From the NCBI GenBank assembly GCA_963830365.1, contig CAWHMU010000046.1, positions 1-64,000 on the forward strand: a stretch of DNA of 64,000 nt, read 5' to 3'. The DNA comes from an uncultured Chlamydiae bacterium (GTDB taxonomy: Bacteria; Chlamydiota; Chlamydiia; Chlamydiales; Parachlamydiaceae). Below are positions 1 through 9,621 of the stretch, one piece after another. Under the pieces are notes generated by a model. That model had not been told where the DNA came from and made no database searches. It saw only the letters and a program-made list of their open reading frames with translations. Numbering within the stretch: the first letter of the stretch is position 1; every line of letters starts with the position of its first letter. Both the position numbers and the translations under genes were made by a program.

Positions 1-38
1 ACGAAACAGCCGATTATGAATGAGCAACGGTAAGTATT

Positions 39-452
39 TTAAGGGCGTGGAAAGCCTCTTGGGCAGGCGGCATGACCCATCTGCGGCCGCATGCGGCACG
101 TGATCGTTGTGATGGGCATTGGTGTCAGAGCTATCATGCTATGAACAAACACATCAATGAATAGTGCGTTGATAGCTTTTGAGAGAGGAAGTATCGTGCC
201 GGCTAAAAACCCCTGAAACGATATGATCTTGGAGTTAAACCACGGCCTGGCTGATGTAGAATCGAAGGCATACTCGCTTAATTTTGACAGTGCCAGCACT
301 GGCACACACCATAAAATCCCACTAATAGCCAGCTTTCTCTGCGCTACAAGCGAAGCTAGATCGGTCCATTCCTTGATGGAACTTGTCACCGCCGTGCCAA
401 CAATCCAACCATGAATCCCGCTTTCTGCATACGATGTTAAAATTGCAGACAT
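39..452 (-). CDS. Hypothetical hydrophobic protein
   Basis: ORF of ~137 aa with two hydrophobic stretches, co-oriented just downstream of the BTB-LRR gene; no recognisable motif. Confidence 0.4.
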   Translation of the reverse strand: MSAILTSYAESGIHGWIVGTAVTSSIKEWTDLASLVAQRKLAISGILWCVPVLALSKLSEYAFDSTSARPWFNSKIISFQGFLAGTILPLSKAINALFIDVFVHSMIALTPMPITTITCRMRPQMGHAACPRGFPRP

Positions 453-491
453 CAATGCCCCCGATCATGTTTTTTTACACTTTGGCAAAAA

Positions 492-1985
492 TCACTTTTC
501 TTTACTAATAATTTTAAGGCGCGGCTTTAGTTCCTTTATGGAAGGCACAATGGTAGCGGTAAAATCGCAGTGGGCCAGATTAATCTCCTGCAGGGTTGCG
601 GTCTGCTTAAGCAAAGCAAACACTCCTTTTTCTGTCAGCCGGTGGCAGTGGGACAAATTCAGCGACAGCAGCCCCTGGCAGCGCGCGCCGATTTCCACCA
701 AGGCTGCATCAGAGAGGTTGCAATGGGCAAGGTTCAAGGCCGTCAGGCGCGGCAGACTTCTGGCTAGCTCAAAAAACACCATATCGTCAAGGCGGTGGCA
801 ATTATCGATCACCAGCTCAGTAAGACCTGAGCAGGCTTTGAGGATAATTTTGAAATCTTCATTTTTCAACTGTGTACAATGCGCTATGTCAAGCTTTATA
901 AGCTGCTTAAAATTAAGCAGCCCCCCCCAGGCGCCAAAATCGAGTTGATTATTACTGGCGAGGTGCAGCTCATTAACCTGAGGCGCGATCGCTGCAAAGC
1001 TCTTTAAGATGGCCGCAGATAGCCATGGACAATGGGAAAGATTAAGCGCTTGTACAGACGCCGGAATTTCGTAGAAATACGCACTGAAAATCGGCATCAC
1101 GCTGAGATCGAGCAATTTCAAATTTGGACATTGCTGCATAACCCTGCCAAAGGCCGGATGATCGGCAAAAGCTCCCTTGCAAATGATTTCAGTGACCAGC
1201 TGGCTTATGTCTTTAAAATGCTCGAGGGTATTGTCGGCAAAGTTAAAAAATTCCACCGCCAACCGTTCAATGGTCGGCGCTGAAAGATAAAAGCCCCAAG
1301 ATAAGCTATTAATATAGTAAATGCATTCTTGCTTTAGGATGGTCCAGCCTTTCTGCTGCGCCAAAACCAGCATTTCAATTACATTTTCAGCTGTCAAGTA
1401 TTTGCGCAGCATCTGTTCAGAGGCCTGGACAATGCCGGTAATCCCCCAGGAGGCCGCCCGATCCATCAAAGCAAGCAAATCCACCTTTCCCATCTTCCAT
1501 AATGCCGCCACTTGTCCGGTAGAAATATAGCCTTCAACAGGCATAAACTCATCTTTGGAAACATGCTCCAAAGAAAAGTCCATTTTCCTTTTGCCACGGC
1601 ATTGTCGCAACAGGAACTCCTTGAAGAAATCCGATACGGTTCCTAAGAGCAGGCTGTTGACTTCAATATGGCCGTCTTTGAAATTTATGGTTATGTTTTT
1701 TGGAATCATCGGCTCGAGCAGGCTAGAATGCTTGTGGATGGCTTTCACAGCACGCCGACAGAATTCCGCTGGCAGCTTATCGGCAAAGGCCTGGGTCGTC
1801 AGCCAATTGATCATTTTACACACTAAATCAGCGTGCAGCCCGCTCCATGTTTCATCATCACAGGCCGTCTCGAAAAAAAGCAGCAAGGCGGCAGGCTTTT
1901 CAAGCAGCAGGGTAAATAAAGCCTCTTCTGAGGTCACGGTGTTGTACGGCCGTAATTCTTTAGGCAACAGTGCGGGAAATTGCAT
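492..1985 (-). CDS. BTB/BACK-like plus leucine-rich-repeat protein (eukaryote-like ubiquitin-ligase adaptor type)
   Basis: BTB-like segment (ITINFKDGHIEVNSLLLGTVSDFFKEFL), BACK-like LTAENVIEMLVLA, then cysteine-containing LRRs (LxxLNLSHCxxLT; LDIAHCTQL; LNLAHCNLSD). Confidence 0.75.
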   Translation of the reverse strand: MQFPALLPKELRPYNTVTSEEALFTLLLEKPAALLLFFETACDDETWSGLHADLVCKMINWLTTQAFADKLPAEFCRRAVKAIHKHSSLLEPMIPKNITINFKDGHIEVNSLLLGTVSDFFKEFLLRQCRGKRKMDFSLEHVSKDEFMPVEGYISTGQVAALWKMGKVDLLALMDRAASWGITGIVQASEQMLRKYLTAENVIEMLVLAQQKGWTILKQECIYYINSLSWGFYLSAPTIERLAVEFFNFADNTLEHFKDISQLVTEIICKGAFADHPAFGRVMQQCPNLKLLDLSVMPIFSAYFYEIPASVQALNLSHCPWLSAAILKSFAAIAPQVNELHLASNNQLDFGAWGGLLNFKQLIKLDIAHCTQLKNEDFKIILKACSGLTELVIDNCHRLDDMVFFELARSLPRLTALNLAHCNLSDAALVEIGARCQGLLSLNLSHCHRLTEKGVFALLKQTATLQEINLAHCDFTATIVPSIKELKPRLKIISKEK

Positions 1986-2005
1986 TCAGATCCTTAGATG
2001 CTGTT

Positions 2006-2647
2006 TTAGGTGCTGGCCTGCTGGCGATGGGCTTTCTCTATCTGTGCTAACGCCGTGCGCAAGGCTTGTTCGGCATCGATCCCTTGGTGGGAGGCTTTAT
2101 CTACCAGCTGCAGCAGGGCTAGACCAAAATCAGCTTCATCATCGGATTTTACCATGGCTGGTTGGAAATCGGCTAGCGACTCCCCTTTCTTCTTCATTTT
2201 CTTTAGCATCTTCTGTGCCCGCGCCAGCGCCGGCAGCCCCTTAGGGATACCATCGAAGATGCTATGTCGGGTATCTTTCCCCTTCTCTGTCTTTTTAATT
2301 TCATCCCATTGTTCCAATGCCGCTGCGGTATTGGCAATCAAGACCTCGCCAAAGACATGCGGATGGCGGCGGATGAGCTTGTTTTTGAGTTCCACAAAGA
2401 CGCTGTCAAAGGTGCAGCAGTCTTCCTTTTCCGCAAGCTTACTCAAAAATAGCGCATTGAACAGCAAATCGCCAAGCTCTTCTTGAATGTGCGCCTTATC
2501 GCCCAAATCGATGGCTTCGATGACCTCGCACGCTTCTTCAAGCAATCCTGCGCGCGACGACAACAGCGTCTGCTCGCGGTCCCATGGGCAGCCGTTCGGC
2601 CCAAATAGTGTATCAATAACATCCACAAGTTCGTTAAAAGTCGACAT
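2006..2647 (-). CDS. mazG: MazG-family nucleoside triphosphate pyrophosphohydrolase
   Basis: GCPWDREQT, EEACEV, EELGDLL, KLIRRHPHVF motifs. Confidence 0.93.
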   Translation of the reverse strand: MSTFNELVDVIDTLFGPNGCPWDREQTLLSSRAGLLEEACEVIEAIDLGDKAHIQEELGDLLFNALFLSKLAEKEDCCTFDSVFVELKNKLIRRHPHVFGEVLIANTAAALEQWDEIKKTEKGKDTRHSIFDGIPKGLPALARAQKMLKKMKKKGESLADFQPAMVKSDDEADFGLALLQLVDKASHQGIDAEQALRTALAQIEKAHRQQAST

Positions 2648-2775
2648 AAGTGTTCTCGGTGTTGTTTATCTCATCGAAATATAACGCTTTACCATCAACC
2701 ATACAACCGTTTTTTAGCAGCGATAACTTTGGAGACTAAAGACGATTTAAGCTTTTATCACGAAAAACGGGCCTA

Positions 2776-2829
2776 CGCGATAGCGTTTGGAATGCATAAC
2801 TCCTGTTGCGCACTCCAAACGCTATCGCG
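2776..2829. repeat. Palindromic REP-like element, family E
   Basis: cgcgatagcgtttgga...ctccaaacgctatcgcg inverted arms; related to 33345-33456. Confidence 0.75.
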
Positions 2830-2960
2830 CAGCTACATGTTTTTGCCTCTAAAGAACTTTCCCAATTTATACTGCCCTGCTTTATCCCTAGGTCCTTTTT
2901 TACTCGACAATTGATTTCGCGGGCTTTATTCTTGTTGGTCACCTTAAAAAGGAGCTGAGC

Positions 2961-3449
2961 ATGGAAAGGCAATTTACCGCCACGGTCTATATCATCGATG
3001 GGGATCGCGTATTGCTCATCTTCCACCGCAAGCTTAAAAAATGGCTGCCGGCCGGCGGACATCTTGACACCAATGAGTCGCCGCCAGAAGGGGCACGGCG
3101 CGAAGCCCGTGAAGAAACAGGTCTTGAAATCGCTTTCATCAAGCAGGAAAACGTATGGATCGACCACTGGAATGCCAAAAGTTTTGAACGCCCCTACATG
3201 TGCTTGATCGAGGAAATTCCGGCCCACGGCACGATAGCCGCTCATCAGCACCTCGACTTCATCTATCTGGCCACACCAAACGGCGGCACGGAGATAGAAA
3301 ATCTGGATGAGACAGAAGGCATGCGCTGGTTTTCCCTGGCCGAAATAGAATCCCTAAAACCTGATGAAGAAATCTTTGTCGAGACGCTGCAAACCATCCG
3401 CCAGATCATGCAGGCGCCGGTTGTCTTAGAGGCTCAAGCTAGCTCCTAA
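2961..3449 (+). CDS. NUDIX hydrolase
   Basis: Nudix box GGHLDTNESPPEGARREAREETGL; aggag RBS upstream. Confidence 0.92.
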   Translation: MERQFTATVYIIDGDRVLLIFHRKLKKWLPAGGHLDTNESPPEGARREAREETGLEIAFIKQENVWIDHWNAKSFERPYMCLIEEIPAHGTIAAHQHLDFIYLATPNGGTEIENLDETEGMRWFSLAEIESLKPDEEIFVETLQTIRQIMQAPVVLEAQASS

Positions 3450-3593
3450 GGGTTTTCAATAAGATCTGGTCTTATTCTCGTAAATGGGCTTAGTGGGCTT
3501 GTAATGGAAAGGAGATATTCAAAGATATCAGTGACTTTTCGCATTTTTTTCGATTATTCTCAAAAACTGCAAATTAAAAAATTGGAAATTATT

Positions 3594-4865
3594 ATGAACC
3601 CTGTAAGGACTTTTAACTTAGTCTTTGATATCGATAACGTGCTTGCCGACACTGAGGTTAGCGAAGTAAATGAAATTAAATTTTATCAACAGAAAGGTTT
3701 TGTCCTCAGTGCTATAAAAACTCATTACATTTTTCCTGGGGTGATTGAATTGATGCAATTGCTGTTTAGGATGCCTGATGTCAGAGTTTCTTTTTTTAGC
3801 TCTGGGCATCAAAGTAGAAATGAATTGTTTGTTGAAAAATTGTTGGAACGTGCGTTAGGGAAAGAGCATCATCTAAAAATTAAAGACGATGTACAAATTT
3901 TATCAGGAAAAAAAGATATAGGCAACACTGACTTAAGTATAAACACAAAAGAAGAATCTCAAATACAGTTGAATAAATATGGTTTATACGACGGTAATAA
4001 TAAAAAATCTCTAGAAAAGGTTGTCGAGCACAAAGGAAATTTAGAAAATTGTGTGCTTATAGATGATGATTCATCATGGATCAAATGTGGTCAAGAAGGT
4101 AATTATTTATATGTTCCAGCCCTATATACTAGAGATTTTGTAAAGATGGCACGAGAAAGTGAAGATGAAGATTATATGCATGACGAATATGGACAAATGA
4201 AAATCCCTTTCAACGATTGTACTTCATTTCGTAATCCTGAATACCTTAAAAACTGTATCATCAATGCAGAATACATAAGCCTTCTATTTGAAAATGAAAA
4301 GTGTACTTTGGGATATGTTGATTTAGATCAAAAGCAATGCGAAGAAATTGAAATATCTCAGGAATCAGATGAGGCTATTTTCAAAGCTGTAAAGAAATAT
4401 TATCAAAAGAATAAATCTTCTCTTGAAAAAAAGAATGATCAAACAGTAACCATGACGAAAGAGGAGCTTGATCTAGTTCTATATGTCCTTATTGAAAAGA
4501 AAAATGGTAAGACGAGCTCTATGAATCTAAATTGCAATCGCATTTGCTATATTGCGGGAGTGCTTTTTAAAGCATTGGAATCCGCTCGCTCTGGATCTTC
4601 CTTAACTAGATTTCTATTTCCAATGCATTTTTCTCCAAAGGAAAATAGCGCTAATTTTGAACCTCGCTTTGAATCAGACGAAGCCTTTGATAAAAGAGAA
4701 GAGTATTATTACTATGGGTTAGAAAAATTAAAGCAAGCAAACCCAAATTTTTCTTTTATTAATCCACAAATCTATAAAGAATGTTGTAACATGAAAATAG
4801 ATAATGAAGAAGCTGATGTTATTCATACGCTTCATGAAAATGAAGAAAAATGTTGCTTGATGTGA
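3594..4865 (+). CDS. HAD-superfamily (FCP1/NIF-like) phosphatase domain protein with C-terminal CaaX box
   Basis: LVFDIDNVL (DxD motif I), FFSSG, CVLIDDD; ends CCLM*; strongly AT-rich relative to neighbours; likely start ATG at 3594 (ORF open from 3504). Confidence 0.7.
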   Translation: MNPVRTFNLVFDIDNVLADTEVSEVNEIKFYQQKGFVLSAIKTHYIFPGVIELMQLLFRMPDVRVSFFSSGHQSRNELFVEKLLERALGKEHHLKIKDDVQILSGKKDIGNTDLSINTKEESQIQLNKYGLYDGNNKKSLEKVVEHKGNLENCVLIDDDSSWIKCGQEGNYLYVPALYTRDFVKMARESEDEDYMHDEYGQMKIPFNDCTSFRNPEYLKNCIINAEYISLLFENEKCTLGYVDLDQKQCEEIEISQESDEAIFKAVKKYYQKNKSSLEKKNDQTVTMTKEELDLVLYVLIEKKNGKTSSMNLNCNRICYIAGVLFKALESARSGSSLTRFLFPMHFSPKENSANFEPRFESDEAFDKREEYYYYGLEKLKQANPNFSFINPQIYKECCNMKIDNEEADVIHTLHENEEKCCLM

Positions 4866-5039
4866 AAAAACCGACAAATTTCAACATTTTCCGTTTTACA
4901 CTCCTCCTACAACGAGTTTATAGCGGTTGAGTATTGAAAAAACTCGGATTTTTGTCGGTTTTTCACAGCCTCAGAGACACAGAGCAAAGAAATGAACGGG
5001 ATCAGGCTTTTGTTATGGTTGCATTAAACCTAAAAACGA

Positions 5040-5216
5040 TAAGTTCTCAAAAAATAATGACACAGCGTTCGACAGCACGGCTTGGGGTCAGGCTTGCGAT
5101 TTGCGATTTGAAAGGAGTCTGCCTTCTTAATACCTTGTAGAACTTTCAAATCACAAATCACAAGCCAGACCCCAATCCTTAAGTCATCACCCTCGCCATG
5201 AGTTTTTGAGAACTTA
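5040..5216. mobile_element. MITE-like palindromic element, family B
   Basis: Terminal IR taagttctcaaaaa / tttttgagaactta; internal IR ttggggtcaggcttgcgatttgcgatttgaaa / tttcaaatcacaaatcacaagccagacccc; copies at 30715 and 55125. Confidence 0.75.
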
Positions 5217-5283
5217 CTAAAAATGTAGCTCTTATTTCTCTGTGTCTCGGTGCCTCTGTGGTGAATTTCTTTCCAGCGCACAA

Positions 5284-6345
5284 TTATTGCGCCTGCCACC
5301 AGCTATTGAAATGGGCAAATAGCTCTTCCGCCTGCAGATTGCGGATGCAGGCGCCGGTCTGGCAGGTGCGCAGCACGGGACAGCGCTTGGTGAAGATTCT
5401 GCCGTAGGGACAGGCGCCTTGAAAAGCGGCGTGCTGCGCGCCGATGGGCTTATACTTTGCGGCCGATGAGGCGCCGAAGACGCTGAATGAAGGCGTCGCG
5501 GTGGTGCCGGCCAGATGCAGCGGCAGCGAATCCATGGCAATTACCAGCCGGCAGCCGGCCATCAGGTTTTGCAGCATGGACAGCGGCAGGCGGTCGACAA
5601 CGACCGAACTAGCAAACTGCTCGTGCAGGCGCTGCGCTATGGCCTGCTCTTCAGTCGATCCCCAGGCAAAAAGAAAAGCACAGCGTAGCTCCTTTTGCAA
5701 AAGATGAAGGAAAGCCGCCAGCGACTCGGGATTGAGCTGTTTGTTGCGCCAGGCTGAACCCGGGCATACCAGCACTTTAGGACCTGGCTGCAGCACCGGC
5801 AGCGCCAGCAGGGCTTGCAGCTGGCTTTGCTGAGCAGCGCTGAGCTTTAACACTGTTTGTCCACTTTCCAAAGGCAGCGGATCGCCAAAGAAGGCAGCAG
5901 TCAACGCCAGATAGTCCTGCCGGATATTGCCATGTGGAGGCGGATTGAAACGCTGATTGGTGCATAGCAGGTTTGGCCATTCGGCCACCGATGCCGCCCC
6001 AAAGCCGACTTTATGCTGGCTCTTGGCTTGGGATACGATGAGACCTGATTTGACATTCCCCTGCAGATCGAAGACGACATCATAGGTAATGTCACGCAGC
6101 CGGGCGTGCGTCTTCCAGATAGCTTTTAGGGTATCACTTTTAAAAGCCGCCTTGCGCCAGGCTCTGGTGGCGATGATGATGGCCTGATTGACGAAAGGGT
6201 GATTCTGCACCAATTCGGCACATGGTGCTTCCACCACCCAGCCGATATGCGCTTCAGGAAATTTCCAATGCAGGTAGTCAACCACCGGATAGGTATGGAT
6301 GATATCGCCGAGCGATGAGGTTTTGACGATAAGGATATTTTTCAT
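5284..6345 (-). CDS. waaC: Lipopolysaccharide heptosyltransferase I (GT9)
   Basis: ILIVKTSSLGDIIH, DLQGNVKS, DSLPLHLA motifs. Confidence 0.85.
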   Translation of the reverse strand: MKNILIVKTSSLGDIIHTYPVVDYLHWKFPEAHIGWVVEAPCAELVQNHPFVNQAIIIATRAWRKAAFKSDTLKAIWKTHARLRDITYDVVFDLQGNVKSGLIVSQAKSQHKVGFGAASVAEWPNLLCTNQRFNPPPHGNIRQDYLALTAAFFGDPLPLESGQTVLKLSAAQQSQLQALLALPVLQPGPKVLVCPGSAWRNKQLNPESLAAFLHLLQKELRCAFLFAWGSTEEQAIAQRLHEQFASSVVVDRLPLSMLQNLMAGCRLVIAMDSLPLHLAGTTATPSFSVFGASSAAKYKPIGAQHAAFQGACPYGRIFTKRCPVLRTCQTGACIRNLQAEELFAHFNSWWQAQ

Positions 6346-7232
6346 GGGTTTTTGCCTGCCCCGAAAAGATGGTTTACAGCCACTGTAAAGTCATGCGGCA
6401 AAGCGGCCCTGATGACCAGAGGCTGTTTGCTTAGCGGCTGCTCAAAAGCGATCTCTGAAGCGTGCAGCAGCATGCGCCCCGGGCGGTATGGACAGGCAAA
6501 GGTGCGCCCATATTGGTAGTCGCCGAGGATGGGGTGTCCAATACCGCTTAGATGCACCCTTATTTGATGCGTCCGCCCTGTCTCTGGCTGGCATGTCAGC
6601 CATGCCACGTCTTTACCGGCTTTTTCCAGCTGCCAGCTGGTGCGGGCGCGCAAGCCCTTTTCTTTAGTCACCTCTCCCCATAGGGTCTGCCCTTGGTAAA
6701 CATGCAGCTTCCCTAAAAAATTATCGACGATACCCGAACTTGCCTGAGGCACGCCATCGACGATGGCCTGATAGGTCTTAGTCACCTGCCGCTGCTTGAA
6801 CAGCGCCAGCATGGCATGAGCCGCGTTAGCATTTCTGGCAAAGAGCAGCACGCCGGTTGTATCCCTGTCCAAACGGTGGAGCAGGATGGCATCTTTGAAT
6901 TGCTGATGGATGTTGGCTGTGAAGGCTTTGTCATCGGACGCGATGCCGGCGGGCTTATTGTAGCCAATGAGATCATCATCGATATACAGGTAGCGGCCTG
7001 GCTCAGTCATCTCTGGCGCCGGCTGGATAGTCTCTTCGACAAATTCGAAGATAATGCGATCGCCGCGCCCGACAAGTTTGGAGCCAAACCGCTCCACCTT
7101 ATCGTTTAGGCGGCACTGTCCGGCATCTAAAGCGCGCTTGATTTGCTTGGCGGCAACCTCTGGTGCGACTTTGCTTTTCAGGAATGCCTGGAGCTTACTT
7201 CCGGATTCTTCAGGAGCGACCAGCCATTCCAT
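6342..7232 (-). CDS. RluA-family pseudouridine synthase
   Basis: NKPAG, HRLDRDTTG, TGRTHQIRVH, GHPILGD motifs. Confidence 0.93.
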   Translation of the reverse strand: MEWLVAPEESGSKLQAFLKSKVAPEVAAKQIKRALDAGQCRLNDKVERFGSKLVGRGDRIIFEFVEETIQPAPEMTEPGRYLYIDDDLIGYNKPAGIASDDKAFTANIHQQFKDAILLHRLDRDTTGVLLFARNANAAHAMLALFKQRQVTKTYQAIVDGVPQASSGIVDNFLGKLHVYQGQTLWGEVTKEKGLRARTSWQLEKAGKDVAWLTCQPETGRTHQIRVHLSGIGHPILGDYQYGRTFACPYRPGRMLLHASEIAFEQPLSKQPLVIRAALPHDFTVAVNHLFGAGKNP

Positions 7233-7255
7233 GCTTTGACCTTATCCCATGTCCC

Positions 7256-8284
7256 TTATACCGTAGTGAACTGTCGCAGGAAGCGCAGATCGTTTTCGGT
7301 AAACAGACGGATGTCATTCACGCCGTGCTTCAACAATACCAGCCTTTCTACGCCCATGCCCCAGGCAAAACCTTGGTAGACTTCAGGATCGATGTCGCCA
7401 TTTTTCAGCACTTCGGGATGGATCATACCGGCACCTGCCACTTCCAGCCAGCCGGTGTGTTTGCAAAGCGCACAGCCGGATCCTTGGCAGCTTAAGCAGC
7501 GCAGATCTACTTCCATGCCGGGTTCAACGAAGGGGAAGTAGCTCGGACGGAATCGCGTCTCCACCTCGGTGTTAAAGAGTTTAGTCAGAAACTCGGTCAT
7601 TGTCGCCTGCAAATCGGCAAAGGTGACATCGGTATCGACATAAAAAGCTTCGATTTGGTGGAAAAACACATGCGAGCGGGCCGTAATCGTCTCATTGCGG
7701 TAAGCCCTGCCCGGCACAATGACGCGGATGGGCGGGCGTGTTGTCTCCATGATGCGCGCCTGGACATTGCTGGTATGGGTGCGCAGCAGAATATTCTGTG
7801 AAATGTAAAAGGTATCCTGCATATCTTTGGCAGGGTGGTCCGCAGCAAAATTGAGCGCGTCAAAGTTATAGTAGTCGTTGTCGATATCAGGTCCATCCTG
7901 TACCGAAAAACCCATGCCGATAAGGATATCCAGCATCTCGTCGAGCACCTGCGTAATGATATGCTTGCGTCCGGGATAACGCGCGCGCCCCGGCAGGGTG
8001 ACATCGATATTCTCATGCGCCAGACGCAGCCCTTCTTCTTGCTGGATCAGCCGGTCATTTGCCTCGTCAACCGCCCCGGCAAGATGCTCTTTGAGGTCAT
8101 TGATGAATTTACCGGCGGCGGGGCGCTCATCAGCTGCCACATCTCTTAGCGCCTTCATCAGATCTTGAACAGGACCTTTCTTACCAAGGTATTTTACTTT
8201 AAGAGCTTCCAGATCGGCCACCGTCTTCACGGCATGCAATTCGGCATCGAAGTGCTGTCTTAGTGTTTCAATTTGTTGGCGCAT
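7256..8284 (-). CDS. pheS: Phenylalanine--tRNA ligase alpha subunit
   Basis: HPAKDMQDTF, LRTHTS, FRPSYFPFVEP, GFAWGMGVERL; start taken at MRQQ (ORF open to 8323). Confidence 0.97.
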   Translation of the reverse strand: MRQQIETLRQHFDAELHAVKTVADLEALKVKYLGKKGPVQDLMKALRDVAADERPAAGKFINDLKEHLAGAVDEANDRLIQQEEGLRLAHENIDVTLPGRARYPGRKHIITQVLDEMLDILIGMGFSVQDGPDIDNDYYNFDALNFAADHPAKDMQDTFYISQNILLRTHTSNVQARIMETTRPPIRVIVPGRAYRNETITARSHVFFHQIEAFYVDTDVTFADLQATMTEFLTKLFNTEVETRFRPSYFPFVEPGMEVDLRCLSCQGSGCALCKHTGWLEVAGAGMIHPEVLKNGDIDPEVYQGFAWGMGVERLVLLKHGVNDIRLFTENDLRFLRQFTTV

Positions 8285-8307
8285 GATTTCTCTAATTAGA
8301 ATTATCA

Positions 8308-8354
8308 AAAAAAAAGCAGCCACATAAAAGCTTAGAGGCTTTTATAGGCTGCTT
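8308..8354 (-). terminator. Intrinsic terminator/attenuator-like hairpin between rplT and pheS
   Basis: aagcagcc..taaaagc / gcttttataggctgctt stem followed by a U-run on the minus strand. Confidence 0.65.
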
Positions 8355-8367
8355 AATACACTTTTAA

Positions 8368-8724
8368 TTAAGCAAGAGCGTGTTTGGCACGACCCGCCAC
8401 AGCCGCAAAGCTGTTTGGATCACGAATGGCCATTTCGGCTAATACTTTTCTGTCTAATTCACATTTCGCTTTTTTCAGTCCACAAATAAATTTGCTATAT
8501 GAGATGCCGTTGATTTTGGCAGCAGCTCCGATACGCATAATCCAAAGGCTACGAAACTCGCGCTTCTTTTCTTTGCGGTGGCGATAGTTATATGCCAGGG
8601 CGCGAAGAACTGCGTCTTTTGTCAAGCGCAGGTGGTTTTTGCGATCGCCAACAAACCCTTTGGCTTGTTTTAACAATCTTTTTTTGCGACGATGTGAAGC
8701 GACAGCGTTGGTTGCTCTGACCAT
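8368..8724 (-). CDS. rplT: 50S ribosomal protein L20
   Basis: MVRATNAVASHRRKKRLLKQAKGF...FRSLWIMRIGAA...LDRKVLAEMA. Confidence 0.98.
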   Translation of the reverse strand: MVRATNAVASHRRKKRLLKQAKGFVGDRKNHLRLTKDAVLRALAYNYRHRKEKKREFRSLWIMRIGAAAKINGISYSKFICGLKKAKCELDRKVLAEMAIRDPNSFAAVAGRAKHALA

Positions 8725-8790
8725 AGCTAATCTCCACTTTGTTAGTGTCCGCCGTGAATATTTTCATCGCGGACAAGGTTTCACAATTTT

Positions 8791-8985
8791 TTATACGCAC
8801 ATTACGCGCTTATAGGTCTTAAGGTGGCCGTCATCCACATACGCTGCTGTGGATAGTTGACGTTTACGTTTCGGCGATTTGCAGGTCAATTTATGACGTT
8901 TGCCAGGTCTTGCTCTTTTGAGCTTGCCTGACGCTGTCACGCTAAACCGAGCCGCAACGGCCTTTTTGGTTTTCATTTTAGGCAC
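8791..8985 (-). CDS. rpmI: 50S ribosomal protein L35
   Basis: GTG start with aggaga RBS; PKMKTKKAVAARFSVTASGKLKR; forms the last 64 aa of the apparent 276-aa ORF. Confidence 0.95.
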   Translation of the reverse strand: MPKMKTKKAVAARFSVTASGKLKRARPGKRHKLTCKSPKRKRQLSTAAYVDDGHLKTYKRVMCV

Positions 8986-9052
8986 TATATTTCTCCTAGT
9001 AAGCCTCTTGAAAGGCTCATTCATCGAATTTTTACTACTAAAGCCACGCAGT

Positions 9053-9621
9053 TTAGTCGGTGGTGACAGATTCTTTGTCGGAATTCTCCGCCGTTTGCGC
9101 CGTTTTAGTAATCTCTTTTTCTTTTTCACCCCTGGAGCAAGCACGGCAATCATCATGCGCCCCATAAGTTTAATTGGCGATTCGAGCATCGCCACATCTT
9201 CAAGATCTAGACAGAATTTCTGCATCAATCTTTCACCGATCTCAGTATGCGCCATTTCCCGTCCGCGGAAGGTACAAGTCACCTTGACTTTATGACCCTT
9301 GTCCAAGAAATCGCGGGCATGCTTCATCTTCGTTTCTACGTCATGGTCATCAGTGTTAGGCTTAAATTTAATTTCCTTAATCTTTACCTGATGCTGTGAT
9401 TTTTTGCTTTCTTTCTCGCGCTTCGTCTGGTCATAGCGGAATTTTCCGAAGTTGATGATCTTGCAGACCGGAGGGTTTGACCCCGGTACGATCTCAACCA
9501 AGTCAAGTCCTTCTTCTTCGGCCTTGGCAAGCGCTTCTTGGAGCGTGATCACCCCAATTTGTTCTCCAGTATGACTGATGACGCGGACTTTTGGCGCGCG
9601 TATTTCTCTATTAACTTTCAA
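9053..9621 (-). CDS. infC: Translation initiation factor IF-3 (apparent frameshift near 9115-9126)
   Basis: VNREIRAPKVRVI, LDLVEI, PPVCKI, KEIKF, FRGREM; TTG start overlapping the stop of the upstream gene; one more A in the A-rich run gives KKKEITKTAQTAENSDKESVTTD* ending at 9053. Confidence 0.92.

Noticed and set aside
2006..4865. mazG-NUDIX-HAD as an antiphage or nucleotide-depletion operon
   Set aside because: mazG is divergent and of the housekeeping type, and the HAD gene differs in composition; nothing suggests a co-inherited unit
8791..9621. Apparent IF-3/L35 fusion protein (276 aa)
   Set aside because: rpmI has its own aggaga RBS and GTG start, and one extra A in the A-run restores a normal infC stop at 9053; most likely an indel artefact
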